This document shows, in pieces, positions 9,102-19,695 of a stretch of 53,810 nt of DNA. The DNA is from a virus. Taxonomy: Duplodnaviria; Caudoviricetes. Location of the stretch: the IMG/VR virus record IMGVR_UViG_3300030099_000437, positions 1-53,810 of that record, one strand, 5' to 3'. Under the pieces are notes generated by a model. It worked only from the letters and a program-made list of their open reading frames with translations. It had not been told where the DNA came from and searched no databases. The position numbers were made by a program, and so were the translations under genes. Positions within the stretch are counted from its first letter, which is position 1. Each line of letters starts with the position of its first letter.

Positions 9102-10973
9102 TCAGGTAGCCTTAGGTTTTGTGCCTAATCCTTTTGTAGTTCTTTTCTTCTTTGGTTTTGGTTTGGGTTTAGATGCTAGTCCACCTTTAGTAAAACCACT
9201 TCCTCCTGTGTAACCTTTACCTGCTAGTTGCATTGCTTCTGTGCCTAATTTTTTCTTTTCTTTTTCATCTTTATCTTCTTTAGCTTTTTTATATTTGTCT
9301 TGCGCCGCTTTTATTTGCTTATCTATATCTTGTTTTTCTTTTTTAGTTTGTTCACCCTTAGCAATCTTCATAGTTGTTTTTGCAGCTTCTGTAGAACCTC
9401 CTGATAAATCAACTTCTTTCTTCTTTTTATCCTCTTTAACAACAGGAGTATCATCTTTATACTCAGGTACAGTTCTGTTAATTCCTAATATATCATCTAT
9501 AGTTTTACCACCACCAAGAATGTCAGCTTTACCTAATATACTATCTTTATAAAAATCATCTCCTGCAGGTTTTCTAGTTATCTTAGAAGGGTCGAGGTTA
9601 AGAATATCTGTAGAGGTGATTCTATCTTTACCTAACATCTTCTTCAATTCGTATCGTCTAATAAACTGTGCCTTACCGTCAGCACCTTCCATTCTAATAA
9701 GGTCCATGTCTCTAACATTATTCTCGTTAGGCATAAACTGCACATTACCATACTTTGTTAAAGCAACACCTGTTGCTTCAAATTGTCTTTGAGCAGTAGG
9801 CTTAAGTCCTTTTTCTGTAGGCACTTGTCCATCTCTTAGCTGAGACTTAGCAGATAAATCAGGTAGTTCTGGCACAGGATACTTTTTAATTAATTCTTCA
9901 TAAGTTCCTGTAACTGGATTACCATTCATATCTTCAAAGGTTAGTATATCACCTTCTCCACCCTCTTCTTCTACCTCTTTTCCTGTTAATCTATTTACAA
10001 TATTAGTTAAAAAGCTTTCAGGCTTAGGTGTATTTAAATAGCGAGTTAGCTGTAATCTTTCATAGTTGCTTAAAGGCTTTCCTTTATATTGTTTAGACTC
10101 TAATATAGCTTTTGCAGTTTCTTGACCTTTTTCTAAAGAAATACCTGCTATCGCACCTAAAGGGGTAAACTCTGCAATACTTGCAAGGTTTCCATCAAAT
10201 GATTGTGCAGCTTTACCAAAATCAATAGGAGAGTATTCTTCAAAAGGTTTTGCTATCCCTCTATCTTTATCTTCAATAAAACCTTGTACTCCTCCTCTGT
10301 CACTAATGACATCTACAGGTTGAGTTTTTTCAAGATTATCTTGACTTCCTGCTTCAGGTTTAGTAAGTGACCAAGGAGATTCTGTGTACTCAGCATCAGA
10401 AGGATTAACTAAGTTGCCATTAGCATCATAGAGTACTACCTGTATTCTTCCATCAGGATGATAGTAGGTTCTAGTAGTTGTACCTGTAGGTACTTTATCA
10501 CCAAAAACACTACTGCCAACAAAACCAAAACCTGAGAGGGGGCTTAGAGATTTTAACTTAGCATCTTTATATATATCAGCATCGGTCATAACTCCTTCCG
10601 CAGCTTTAACAACTCCTCCTTCATTCATATCAGGAGTTATTGCTATAATCATCTGCTCGTCCTCAGGACTCATCATCTGGTCATTTTCTTCTGGAATAGG
10701 CTCTCCACCTATTCTACCACTTTTTTCCATTTGTTGCAAGCCCATTTTTGCTTGCATACGTAAATCTTCAAAAAACTTTACACCAAAAAAACGAACAACA
10801 TCTGCAGGTACAACATATTCTCCATCACTTAGCATAGCAGGAATATCATCTCTAACTTCTTCAGCAAGAGAACCAGAAGGAATATCATTACCACTCACAG
10901 GGTCACGCTTCATGCCATCATCCCTCAAGCCTCCATCTTGCATGAAAGCCATTTCAGTTTGTTTACCTAGCAT
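9102..10973 (-). CDS. Virion/internal protein with DDIPAMLSDGEYVVPADVV domain
   Basis: 623 aa between portal and scaffold; N-terminal LSxGEYV domain; K-rich C-terminus. Confidence 0.6.
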   Translation of the reverse strand: MLGKQTEMAFMQDGGLRDDGMKRDPVSGNDIPSGSLAEEVRDDIPAMLSDGEYVVPADVVRFFGVKFFEDLRMQAKMGLQQMEKSGRIGGEPIPEENDQMMSPEDEQMIIAITPDMNEGGVVKAAEGVMTDADIYKDAKLKSLSPLSGFGFVGSSVFGDKVPTGTTTRTYYHPDGRIQVVLYDANGNLVNPSDAEYTESPWSLTKPEAGSQDNLEKTQPVDVISDRGGVQGFIEDKDRGIAKPFEEYSPIDFGKAAQSFDGNLASIAEFTPLGAIAGISLEKGQETAKAILESKQYKGKPLSNYERLQLTRYLNTPKPESFLTNIVNRLTGKEVEEEGGEGDILTFEDMNGNPVTGTYEELIKKYPVPELPDLSAKSQLRDGQVPTEKGLKPTAQRQFEATGVALTKYGNVQFMPNENNVRDMDLIRMEGADGKAQFIRRYELKKMLGKDRITSTDILNLDPSKITRKPAGDDFYKDSILGKADILGGGKTIDDILGINRTVPEYKDDTPVVKEDKKKKEVDLSGGSTEAAKTTMKIAKGEQTKKEKQDIDKQIKAAQDKYKKAKEDKDEKEKKKLGTEAMQLAGKGYTGGSGFTKGGLASKPKPKPKKKRTTKGLGTKPKAT

Positions 10974-13900
10974 CGACTAATCCTCCCTTTGCCATACCGA
11001 CTGTTACATTCTCTAATTTAACATCATTCAAGATGCCACTAATATCTATACCTTTTACAGGTTCTTGTGTTGTTTTTCCTGATTCTTCAAATATTTTTAT
11101 TCGTAAATCTTTTGCTTTTTGTAACATTGTTTTTTCATATAATTCTACTATATCAACAAAAAATTCTTCACTGTCTGGAATATTTAATCTATTACTTGGA
11201 GTTACTGTAGTCCCGGGTTTTGCTCCTGCAAAATATTCATTAGGGTTTTCTTTCATTTTATTATTAATAATAGTAAGTTCAGGATAAACTTCTGGACCTT
11301 CTTTCATCAATGTTTTATACAATCTTTTAGCTGTTTCATTTTTAGTTTCTGTTCCATAATCTATTATTTGTGTTTTACCTCCAGTGTACCTAACATCTTC
11401 TGGACCTCTTGTTTGTCGAGCAGCTCTTTTTAAATATTCTTTTGCTATAATTTGTTTTTCAGAAAAAGTAGTTGCTGTACTAAACACACTATCAGTTTCT
11501 TTAGCAGTCATTTCTTCAATCGCATCAAAATGGTAAGTTAAATTATTAAGAGAATCTTCATCAATAAATATGTCAGACGCATATTCTAAAGTTACTGGAC
11601 TTTTATCTTTTTTAAACTGTATAGGTTTAATCTGTCCATTTGACTTTTTTACAAGATTAGCAATAGCCCTGTCAAAAGCTTTTTCATATATTTCAAAATA
11701 TTTTTCTGAGCCTTCTTTTAAAAGTGGAGATACTTGGGCTGTGTTTAAAACTTCTCCTAAATTATCTCCTTTTTTTATTCTATCTATAGCTAATAATGAA
11801 AATCTATATTGTTTATCATTACGACTCTGTAAAGTTACTCCTCTTGCATTAGCTAATTTTTCTAAAGGAGGAAGTATTATTCTTTTTGCTCCTCCTTTTT
11901 TAGCATCAAGTATAAGAGATAATAAAAGTTTTTCTGCTCCTTCTTCTAAAGAATTAAGAGGTATTCCTTTCACTAAACCTAACTCTGCTTTAGCCTCTTC
12001 TCTAGCAGTTCTTCCTATTTTACTAGGAGACAATTCAGACTGTAATAAATAAAGTTCTTTTCCAAGTTCTTTTTCATTATCAATAAAATTTTTATATCTC
12101 TTAATATCAGCAATATCTGGTGTCTCTACAAACTTATTAGCTGTTTTATCAAAATAACCAGTAGAAGAAGTTATACCTGATTCACTTACATTTATATTTT
12201 TTCTTAATTCATTAGTAGGAACTATTTGAGTATATTTACCAATACCTTTATTAGAAAATTTACCTTCTTTAATTAATTGATTTACTCTATCTATACCTTC
12301 TTCTTTAATAAGGTCTCGCAAATTATTAGGTAGTTTTTTGTAGTTAAAAGGTAAGCTACTTAACTCTTTAATAGATTTATCTTTACTTTCAGATAATATC
12401 TTTTGCAAAACATCAAACTGTATTTCATCTATAACAACATCTTCTCCATATTGTTTATATCTTAAGTGTCCTAATTGGTCTACACCAAAACCATGTGTCT
12501 GCGTAACTGGGCGAGATTTTTTTGTTCTTGCATTAGCTTGTCTTAATTCTTCTAATTTTCGAGGTAAGTATTGTATTGTTCTTACAAGTTTTTCTGGAGT
12601 ATCAATATTTTTTAAACCTAAATAACTTAAATAATTTTTTGACCGTGATGCATTTTTTAAAGCAATTTTCTCAAATTCATCTACTTTTTGTGTAAAATTT
12701 ATAAAAGAATTTGATTGATATTTTTTATTCTCAGGATTAATATTACGATTAAAATTATTTGGAACTTTTATAAAAAATTCTTTTTGCCCATTTAGTTTAG
12801 CATTTGCATAAGCAATACTTACATCTGCATAAAAAATATCTTTTAATTCATCAGGGCTTTTACTTGGATACCCACTAGAATCAGAAACAAATGCTTTATT
12901 TTTTGCTACACTATCTAAATAAGATTCAAATGTTTCTTTAATTTTAGTATTACTAGGAAATAAATCGCTAACACCTGCTATTGATTCAAAAATAAATTTT
13001 GACGCAATTACAGCATTTGTGTTATTAGACATAAGTTTTAAATTTAATTGATTAATTGGTATATCTTCATTTAATGCAATAATATCACTATACTCAGGTC
13101 TTTTATCAACAAATTTTAAATCTGCTAATGCTTCAGATAAACTTAGCATGCTTGATGGAAGAGTTCCTCTTTCCTCAAATAACACGTTAGAACTTCTATC
13201 AATTTCTCCTATATCAGCAGAATGTCTAAGAATTATTTCACCTCTTCTACTACCAACTAAAGCCCTTTCAATTGGTATCTTTACTTCAACAGGAGGGTTA
13301 TTTATTATTAATCCTTGCTGTTCTTGAGATTGCGTTCCTCCATACCTAAGATTTGAAAAATCATTAGAAAATGGTTCATCTCTTAAATAACCACTATAGG
13401 GTGTATATCTAAGATTATCTGTTGCTCCAAACCCTGCAAATCCTTTTTCACCACGAACATCTACCTCAAAATTTGTAGATAAAGAATAAGGATTATCTAT
13501 AGGATTTTGTAAAGACTCATTTATAAAATTAAAATGTTTATCGTTTATATCTTTTAGTCTAGTTTTGTATTCTTCAGGTTTCATTATTTCAAAAGGTTTA
13601 TCAAACTCTGAACCAAACTCTACTCTATAATTTCCATCAGGCATTAGTTTAGCATTACGTAAAGCTTCAGAATAAAGAGTAGAATATCTAGCTACTTCTT
13701 TTTGAAGTTCAGGTATTTTATTTGTATTATTTAAAATTGAGGAAAAATATGAATTATCTTCAAATGCTTTTTGTGGAATAACTCCCTCATCAGCAAAGTA
13801 AAAAACATTATCATAGTTAAATATTCTATCTGTGTTTATAGAGTTTAATATCGCAGCATTATCTTCTGGTATATTTTTTATATGTTGAAGAATTTCCTCT

Positions 13901-14736
13901 GGTTGAATTATTCTTTCATTAGATACTTGTTTATAATTAGGAAAAGTGTATAAAGCTTCTATGGTAGGACTGTATGTACTTATACCTTCCCTTTTTAAAT
14001 AATTTTCCCTCTGTCCTAAATTTAAACTTATAGGATTAACATTATATTCAAGAAAACTTGTCTTAGTTGTTTCTTTATATGGCAGTCCTGCTTTATAGTC
14101 TAGTTGTACCTTTTGTCCAAATACATCTACTTCTGTAGGACTATCTACTTTAACTTCAGGAATATTACCACGTTCTGTAGTAGTCCAATCTAAGAGAGAA
14201 GTATTCTTCCTAACAAACTTACTTATATATTTTCCAAAAATAGGAATACCCAATAATGCACTTAAAGCACTTGCCTGTGCATACTTACCTTCTTTAATTA
14301 GTTGACGTATATCTTCAACAAAAAAAGCTTCACCTGTTCCCGGGGCTAAGTCACCAAAGTTAGCTGCATTATACCCTGCTAAATTTGCAGTATCTTCATT
14401 TGCCCCTGCGCTTAGTGCTGCATTATATGCTGCATCAAAAGTTTCTGTGCGTAGTATATTGTTGTCATTCGCTCTAAGTTCTTTAGCATTAGATATACGT
14501 TTTTGTCTAAGAGCTTCATTAAATCTTTTATCTAAACCGCTTGCTTCTTGTATTATCTGTTCATAGTTTTTAAAAGATTGTTGTGCTTCAGAAAGACCAA
14601 TAGCTCCCTCAAGTTCTCTTCTAGATTTTTCTTTAGCTCCTTCAAGATAAAAATAAGCATCCTGTTTAGAGTATTTAAGCAAATCCTCATCAGGTATAAG
14701 ATTAAAAGCATTTTCTGTTTGCTTATTCAGTTCCAT
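10963..14736 (-). CDS. Large virion-associated (polyvalent-type) protein
   Basis: 1257 aa, AT-rich; HLRY...VIDEIQFD motif; C-terminal GMAKGGLV. Confidence 0.55.
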   Translation of the reverse strand: MELNKQTENAFNLIPDEDLLKYSKQDAYFYLEGAKEKSRRELEGAIGLSEAQQSFKNYEQIIQEASGLDKRFNEALRQKRISNAKELRANDNNILRTETFDAAYNAALSAGANEDTANLAGYNAANFGDLAPGTGEAFFVEDIRQLIKEGKYAQASALSALLGIPIFGKYISKFVRKNTSLLDWTTTERGNIPEVKVDSPTEVDVFGQKVQLDYKAGLPYKETTKTSFLEYNVNPISLNLGQRENYLKREGISTYSPTIEALYTFPNYKQVSNERIIQPEEILQHIKNIPEDNAAILNSINTDRIFNYDNVFYFADEGVIPQKAFEDNSYFSSILNNTNKIPELQKEVARYSTLYSEALRNAKLMPDGNYRVEFGSEFDKPFEIMKPEEYKTRLKDINDKHFNFINESLQNPIDNPYSLSTNFEVDVRGEKGFAGFGATDNLRYTPYSGYLRDEPFSNDFSNLRYGGTQSQEQQGLIINNPPVEVKIPIERALVGSRRGEIILRHSADIGEIDRSSNVLFEERGTLPSSMLSLSEALADLKFVDKRPEYSDIIALNEDIPINQLNLKLMSNNTNAVIASKFIFESIAGVSDLFPSNTKIKETFESYLDSVAKNKAFVSDSSGYPSKSPDELKDIFYADVSIAYANAKLNGQKEFFIKVPNNFNRNINPENKKYQSNSFINFTQKVDEFEKIALKNASRSKNYLSYLGLKNIDTPEKLVRTIQYLPRKLEELRQANARTKKSRPVTQTHGFGVDQLGHLRYKQYGEDVVIDEIQFDVLQKILSESKDKSIKELSSLPFNYKKLPNNLRDLIKEEGIDRVNQLIKEGKFSNKGIGKYTQIVPTNELRKNINVSESGITSSTGYFDKTANKFVETPDIADIKRYKNFIDNEKELGKELYLLQSELSPSKIGRTAREEAKAELGLVKGIPLNSLEEGAEKLLLSLILDAKKGGAKRIILPPLEKLANARGVTLQSRNDKQYRFSLLAIDRIKKGDNLGEVLNTAQVSPLLKEGSEKYFEIYEKAFDRAIANLVKKSNGQIKPIQFKKDKSPVTLEYASDIFIDEDSLNNLTYHFDAIEEMTAKETDSVFSTATTFSEKQIIAKEYLKRAARQTRGPEDVRYTGGKTQIIDYGTETKNETAKRLYKTLMKEGPEVYPELTIINNKMKENPNEYFAGAKPGTTVTPSNRLNIPDSEEFFVDIVELYEKTMLQKAKDLRIKIFEESGKTTQEPVKGIDISGILNDVKLENVTVGMAKGGLVDAR

Positions 14737-14917
14737 TCATTTCTTCTCTAAGATATTTAAGTCTACGCAATGCACCGATTGCTCCCTGTAATCTATGAAT
14801 AATAACTGCATTATCTGCCTGTTCTAATGCTGTATGATTTTTAGCAATACTATCATCTAGATATTCTAAAAAATTATCCCATAAAGTTTTGTCATTAACG
14901 AGCTTTTTTAAGTTCAT
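14723..14917 (-). CDS. Small protein downstream of portal
   Basis: 64 aa, helical, HRLQGAIGALRRL motif; overlaps portal stop. Confidence 0.7.
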   Translation of the reverse strand: MNLKKLVNDKTLWDNFLEYLDDSIAKNHTALEQADNAVIIHRLQGAIGALRRLKYLREEMNGTE

Positions 14918-17016
14918 TGTATAGCCCCTGTAGGAGCAGGAAATCCGGGTTCTTGTGGTGTTGGCACTGAGCCTGTACCTATAGTTCCTCCACCTGTTCC
15001 TTGCGTATCTTCAACCTGTCCTCCTGCAGGAGCAGGTGGTTGTCCTCCTTGTGGTAATTCACCTTGAGGAGGTTGTGGAGCTTGTTCCTGAAACTTCTTA
15101 AGTATCTCAGCCTGTACTGCTGCCTGACTCATTGAGTTAGCAATCTTATCAGGGTCTAAGTCCATACTCTTTGCAATCTCTCTAACTATGTAATCCATCC
15201 GTGCAAATGGAGCAAGAGTAGGATTAGAAACAGTCTGCATGAACTGCATCAATCTCTGACTACGTACTTCATTAGCCATAAGACTTTCTGTACCCTGTGC
15301 CTTAACCTCAAGGTCTCCTCGTATCTCAGGGTCAAAGTCAAACTGCATGTTAAAGCTAAAGAAAGCTTTACCTAAAGGTCCTAACAAATAATCGTCTATA
15401 TTCTTAATAACGCTCCGTATAGAGCCGTTAGCAGCATTCATGAGCATTGAGATACCAGAGGCAGTTCTACCCACTCCTGACACTCCTGTCTGTCCGTGAG
15501 CAAAGGATGGAAAGCCTGTGCTTTCATCTGATAACTGTCTTGCCTTATCAAACATCTGCATATTCTCATTAGATACATTAGGAAACTTAGTACCAAATAT
15601 ACCCTGTCCGGGTGCGCCACCTTGTCTTCTGAATACTTTTCCGGGATAAACACTTAAGTCTTGTCCGGGAACTAGGTTAGTTTCATCAACTTCTATTAGT
15701 AAGTTTCCTGATAGTGCAGCATTATCTACAGCCATACGCATGAAACCATTCATCAGTGTTTGTGTATCATCCATATTCTCAGCAATACCTACACCAAAAA
15801 TATTGTATGGGTTCATCTCATAAGGTGTTGCATAGTAAGGGAGATAGGCAGGAGTAAATGGGTTTAAGACTAGTCGTAGTACGTTATTGTTACATACCCA
15901 AACATTTACACTTACCTGTTCTGCATCTTTTAATTCATCAGGTATTTCTATATCCTGTTGTTCTAATACCTCTCTATCAACAAATCCCCAAAACTCAAAT
16001 ACTTCAAAACGCTCTGCTCTGTCATCATCGTTATTATCGTCCATGACATGTTCCCACCACTCTTTATTATACATCTCTCCTTCATTTAGAGATTTGTTAA
16101 TGGCATTGTGTCTAAAGAATGGTCTACGTTTTAAGGCTCGGAGTTGAGAGCGAGATAGTTTATGTCTTTCAATAACATATTCTGCCTCATCCATATTGTT
16201 AGCATCAGGGTCTGGATAAAAATTCCAAATAGATACGTTAGAAGTTTGAGGTACAGTCTTAAACATTGGACTATATTCACCCTCTTCATCCCAGTTAGGA
16301 TACTCTTTGTCAACAGCAAAAGGTCCTTTCATAATACCTGTACCAAATAACGCTGCTTCAAAAGCTGCTGCTCTAAGCTGCTTCTTTGCATTTGACTCTT
16401 CTAATTGGTCATGTATCTTTTTTTCCATCTTCTTGGCGGCAACCATAGCAGGATGAAGATTGATAGAAGTAGGACTACCTGTAGGTTCAAACTTAACATC
16501 ATCCTCAATAGGTTTTAACTCATCTAGTAAAGGTCCTACACGGTCATTAAACTCTGTAAAAGTTTCTCCTGCCTTAAGTTCAGGCATTTCTTGTGAAGTA
16601 TCTTCTTGTTTATCTGTAGCTTTTTTAAGTTCAGGATTAGTTTCAAAGCTAACAGTATCCTCTACACCATCAGGTAATATAGTAGGATTAATACTTAAAG
16701 GAAACTTATTGCCACCAAAAAGAACTTCTACTAACTGCCCATATGCAGCAAGCACTTTTGTCTTGGTAACTTTTACAAATACTTGAGATTTTTCTGTAGA
16801 GGTAAACTGAACTTCAGGGCTATATAAACCTCTATAGTTTCTATAGGCTTGTATCCATCGTTCTTCATCTCCTCGTCTTGCAGTTTCAGCTTTAGTAAAC
16901 TTACCTTTTACAAAAGCAACAATTTCTCCAACAGGTGAATCACTAAAAGAGTTTTCTTCCATATCTTCAATAGCTATAGCTTTTTCAGAGTCTGCACTAA
17001 TTTCTTCTTCTGCCAT
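14914..17016 (-). CDS. Portal protein
   Basis: 700 aa after terminase; GIAENMDDTQ, GxTASGISML motifs; P/Q/G-rich tail. Confidence 0.85.
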   Translation of the reverse strand: MAEEEISADSEKAIAIEDMEENSFSDSPVGEIVAFVKGKFTKAETARRGDEERWIQAYRNYRGLYSPEVQFTSTEKSQVFVKVTKTKVLAAYGQLVEVLFGGNKFPLSINPTILPDGVEDTVSFETNPELKKATDKQEDTSQEMPELKAGETFTEFNDRVGPLLDELKPIEDDVKFEPTGSPTSINLHPAMVAAKKMEKKIHDQLEESNAKKQLRAAAFEAALFGTGIMKGPFAVDKEYPNWDEEGEYSPMFKTVPQTSNVSIWNFYPDPDANNMDEAEYVIERHKLSRSQLRALKRRPFFRHNAINKSLNEGEMYNKEWWEHVMDDNNDDDRAERFEVFEFWGFVDREVLEQQDIEIPDELKDAEQVSVNVWVCNNNVLRLVLNPFTPAYLPYYATPYEMNPYNIFGVGIAENMDDTQTLMNGFMRMAVDNAALSGNLLIEVDETNLVPGQDLSVYPGKVFRRQGGAPGQGIFGTKFPNVSNENMQMFDKARQLSDESTGFPSFAHGQTGVSGVGRTASGISMLMNAANGSIRSVIKNIDDYLLGPLGKAFFSFNMQFDFDPEIRGDLEVKAQGTESLMANEVRSQRLMQFMQTVSNPTLAPFARMDYIVREIAKSMDLDPDKIANSMSQAAVQAEILKKFQEQAPQPPQGELPQGGQPPAPAGGQVEDTQGTGGGTIGTGSVPTPQEPGFPAPTGAIQ

Positions 17017-17025
17017 TATTTATCC

Positions 17026-18579
17026 TTAATATCCAAATGTTGTATCAGCTGCTTGAAATCCACTCTTTTGAGATACTGGATTGTAATCAAATAAACTGCT
17101 TCTTGGTCTTGTCATAACTCCATATCGTAGTGCGTCATACAGATGGTCTTCAGCATTTGTGTCTACATCTTCAGAATTATTTTTATCTAAAGGAAGAGCA
17201 GGTATCTGTGAAGCTAAGTTTGTACATGTATTAAAAAAGACCATTCTAGGTTCTTCTGTAAACTCATCTATCTGTAATCTTCTGTGTATTTCATTCTTAC
17301 CTGCTACTCTTGAGCCTCTACTTCTGTCTGAAGGTCTCCATCTACAACCTTTGACTATCATCTGCTCTGCCAAAGATGGACCAGTATCGCCACGTTTATG
17401 CCAAAGGCTAGAGTCCAACACACCATACCGAATAGTTCCATCTTCTGCCTCTGCTTCCAGTATCATATCAGCTAAGTCTGTAGCTAATACTTTTGACACA
17501 TATAATTCTCTATAGACTACAAGTTGTTCCGATGGAGCAACTGCAATCCAGACAACACCTGTATGACTACCATACCCATAATCACATGCGCGAAACTTAG
17601 CCCAACTGTTAGGAATACTATAGGGTTCGACAACATGCACTTGTCTGTTCCACTCTGGGAAAGCTGCTCCTTCATTGACATCCCAATTTCCTTCTAGTAA
17701 TTGTTTTCGTTGATATTCAGGTAGAGAGAGTAGGTTTGCTTCATACATACCATCTTCAGCTAAGTATGGATTATCAAATAGTGTTGCAGGGATAAATCGT
17801 CTTTTAAATAAAGGCTCTCCCTCTCGACTATGTCCTTTGGGCATTGTTAGTATTTGCCCTGTTTCTATATCTGTAGCCCAGAACGCTGTTCCATGTGGAG
17901 CAGGGTCTATAAACATTTTCTTAACCCACTGATGTCCTGCACCTCCGGGGTTAGTTGTAGCTCTCTGGTATAACTCTAAGCCACTTCCTTTTGCAGTACG
18001 TAGTCGAGAACGCATGTAATCAAACGGATATGGACTTGCCCACTGTGTCAACTCGTCAAAGCCTATCCAACTAAATGCCTGTCCTTGGTATCGTGTAACG
18101 TCATCATCACGGTCAAGGTAGGATAACCAGAGTGTTGCACCTGATGGAGCTACCCAAGTCTTGTCTCTCTCCATAAACCTTATATTAGGTATCGCCTCTG
18201 GATAGAGTTGTTTGGAGACAGAGATAAGTTCTCTAAGTTCCTCCGTTGTTCGTCTTATAAGCAACCCACGAAACTGCGGATTATTTAAATAGCGTACAGG
18301 GTCTGCCAACATAGCATAGGACTTACCTCCACCTGCTGAACCACCGTATAATACTTCTCTTTCATTAGAAGAAAGAAACTCTGTTTGTGGTCCTTTATTA
18401 GGTTGGAAGATAACTCTCTGAGCTTCTTCTATTTCTATCGGTTCTGGCTTAGGCTGTGGATAAACCTTCTGCTCTTCCACCAATTCTTTCTTCAAGCCTT
18501 TCGGCTTTTTGTAACGCTTCCTTGTACCTTTCGGCAAGGTAGCGTTGATTTGAAGCTTGTCTCTTACGCTTTTGTTCAA
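17026..18579 (-). CDS. Terminase large subunit (true start may be downstream)
   Basis: Walker A GGSAGGGKS, Walker B IGFDELTQW, ATTNPGG, nuclease DYG and DHLYDALRY motifs. Confidence 0.92.
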   Translation of the reverse strand: MNKSVRDKLQINATLPKGTRKRYKKPKGLKKELVEEQKVYPQPKPEPIEIEEAQRVIFQPNKGPQTEFLSSNEREVLYGGSAGGGKSYAMLADPVRYLNNPQFRGLLIRRTTEELRELISVSKQLYPEAIPNIRFMERDKTWVAPSGATLWLSYLDRDDDVTRYQGQAFSWIGFDELTQWASPYPFDYMRSRLRTAKGSGLELYQRATTNPGGAGHQWVKKMFIDPAPHGTAFWATDIETGQILTMPKGHSREGEPLFKRRFIPATLFDNPYLAEDGMYEANLLSLPEYQRKQLLEGNWDVNEGAAFPEWNRQVHVVEPYSIPNSWAKFRACDYGYGSHTGVVWIAVAPSEQLVVYRELYVSKVLATDLADMILEAEAEDGTIRYGVLDSSLWHKRGDTGPSLAEQMIVKGCRWRPSDRSRGSRVAGKNEIHRRLQIDEFTEEPRMVFFNTCTNLASQIPALPLDKNNSEDVDTNAEDHLYDALRYGVMTRPRSSLFDYNPVSQKSGFQAADTTFGY

Positions 18580-18856
18580 GTTTTACTCTTTTCATTAACC
18601 CTACGTGGGATATGTATCTGCCTGACTGTTCACTTAACCAGTTGGCTACATCTCTATAACTATATTGTTTTAGATACTTTTTAGCTCTCTCTAAAAGCTC
18701 AAGTTCTTCTACAACTGGTTGCAATATGTCTAAGTCAGTGGGGTCTTTCTCATAACCAAAGGGTACAGTTCTCCCTATTCTCACTACAGGTTGCCAGTTA
18801 AAACCCTCATCAGTTTCTTCTGGCATCGGAAGTTTCCAATCTTTATCAGTCTTCAT
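18449..18856 (-). CDS. DNA-binding protein with PFGY motif (recombinase-domain-like)
   Basis: 135 aa; GRTVPFGY...SYRDVANWL HTH-like segment; between terminase genes. Confidence 0.55.
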   Translation of the reverse strand: MKTDKDWKLPMPEETDEGFNWQPVVRIGRTVPFGYEKDPTDLDILQPVVEELELLERAKKYLKQYSYRDVANWLSEQSGRYISHVGLMKRVKLEQKRKRQASNQRYLAERYKEALQKAERLEERIGGRAEGLSTA

Positions 18857-19238
18857 CTTTCTTTGGTGGTAGGATAAACAAAGGACTATTCGCAGTTACT
18901 TCTACCTTGTCAGTCTTGGTAAAACCACTACGGTCTAGTATATCTTTTGCTGCTACCATCTTCTCCTTATTGCCTAAATCTGTTGGACTATGCATAACTT
19001 CATACATTGAGTATGCTGCTTTTGCAGCAGAAGAAGCTAAGAACTTTCTTGTTAAGTCTGCTATCTGGTCTTGTAGAGGATTAGTAACAGTAGAGGTAGC
19101 TACATTGTCACTGTATCCTGCCATCTTTTTGGCAGTTATAAAGTTACCTCCTGCCTCTTCAAATAGGACATCAAGAAACCTCTGTTGTTTTTCTGTCAGT
19201 TCTCTCATATACCTTTTCCTATCATTATTTCTTGGCAC
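18846..19238 (-). CDS. Putative terminase small subunit (start probably at MRELTEKQ)
   Basis: LTEKQQRFL...AKKMAGYS HTH and AAKDILDRSG motif typical of TerS; upstream of TerL. Confidence 0.65.
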   Translation of the reverse strand: MPRNNDRKRYMRELTEKQQRFLDVLFEEAGGNFITAKKMAGYSDNVATSTVTNPLQDQIADLTRKFLASSAAKAAYSMYEVMHSPTDLGNKEKMVAAKDILDRSGFTKTDKVEVTANSPLFILPPKKDED

Positions 19239-19417
19239 ATAGGACGCTTATAAACTATTTTTTCTATTTCATTAGCTTCTTTAAGTTTAGCCATAACTAC
19301 CTTTATACACTCTTTTTCACTATCTACTAAGTCATAATTACGAGCTATCACTGTACAAGAAGATGCTTCCAGACTACCACATATGAGTAACATAGGAAGC
19401 CACATTAACACCTCCAC
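19205..19417 (-). CDS. Small hypothetical protein with Cys residues and hydrophobic N-terminus
   Basis: 70 aa ORF packed in late operon. Confidence 0.55.
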   Translation of the reverse strand: MEVLMWLPMLLICGSLEASSCTVIARNYDLVDSEKECIKVVMAKLKEANEIEKIVYKRPMCQEIMIGKGI

Positions 19418-19695
19418 CGTCTTCTGGCTTGTCTTAAACGACTATTAGGGTCTTTAGCTGCTTTAGGGAATTTCTTCATTTGTCCTGCACTTCTGGCACA
19501 ATATGATTTTCTTCTTGCTGCTCTAGACTTAGAAGGGTTCTTTTCTGTTACTGCAGTCTTAAGATTACCGCCTGTTCTTCTGTTATATTTTGCAACACCC
19601 TTCTTTGTCATACCTGCACCAGACTTCGTAGGGCGTTTATCCCCACTCTTTACAGACATGCCTTTCATGGCTTTTTTATGTTTACGTTCTGCCAT
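19405..19695 (-). CDS. Small highly basic phage protein
   Basis: 96 aa K/R-rich, RRKSYCARSAG...KDPNSRL...W.C motif. Confidence 0.7.
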   Translation of the reverse strand: MAERKHKKAMKGMSVKSGDKRPTKSGAGMTKKGVAKYNRRTGGNLKTAVTEKNPSKSRAARRKSYCARSAGQMKKFPKAAKDPNSRLRQARRRWRC

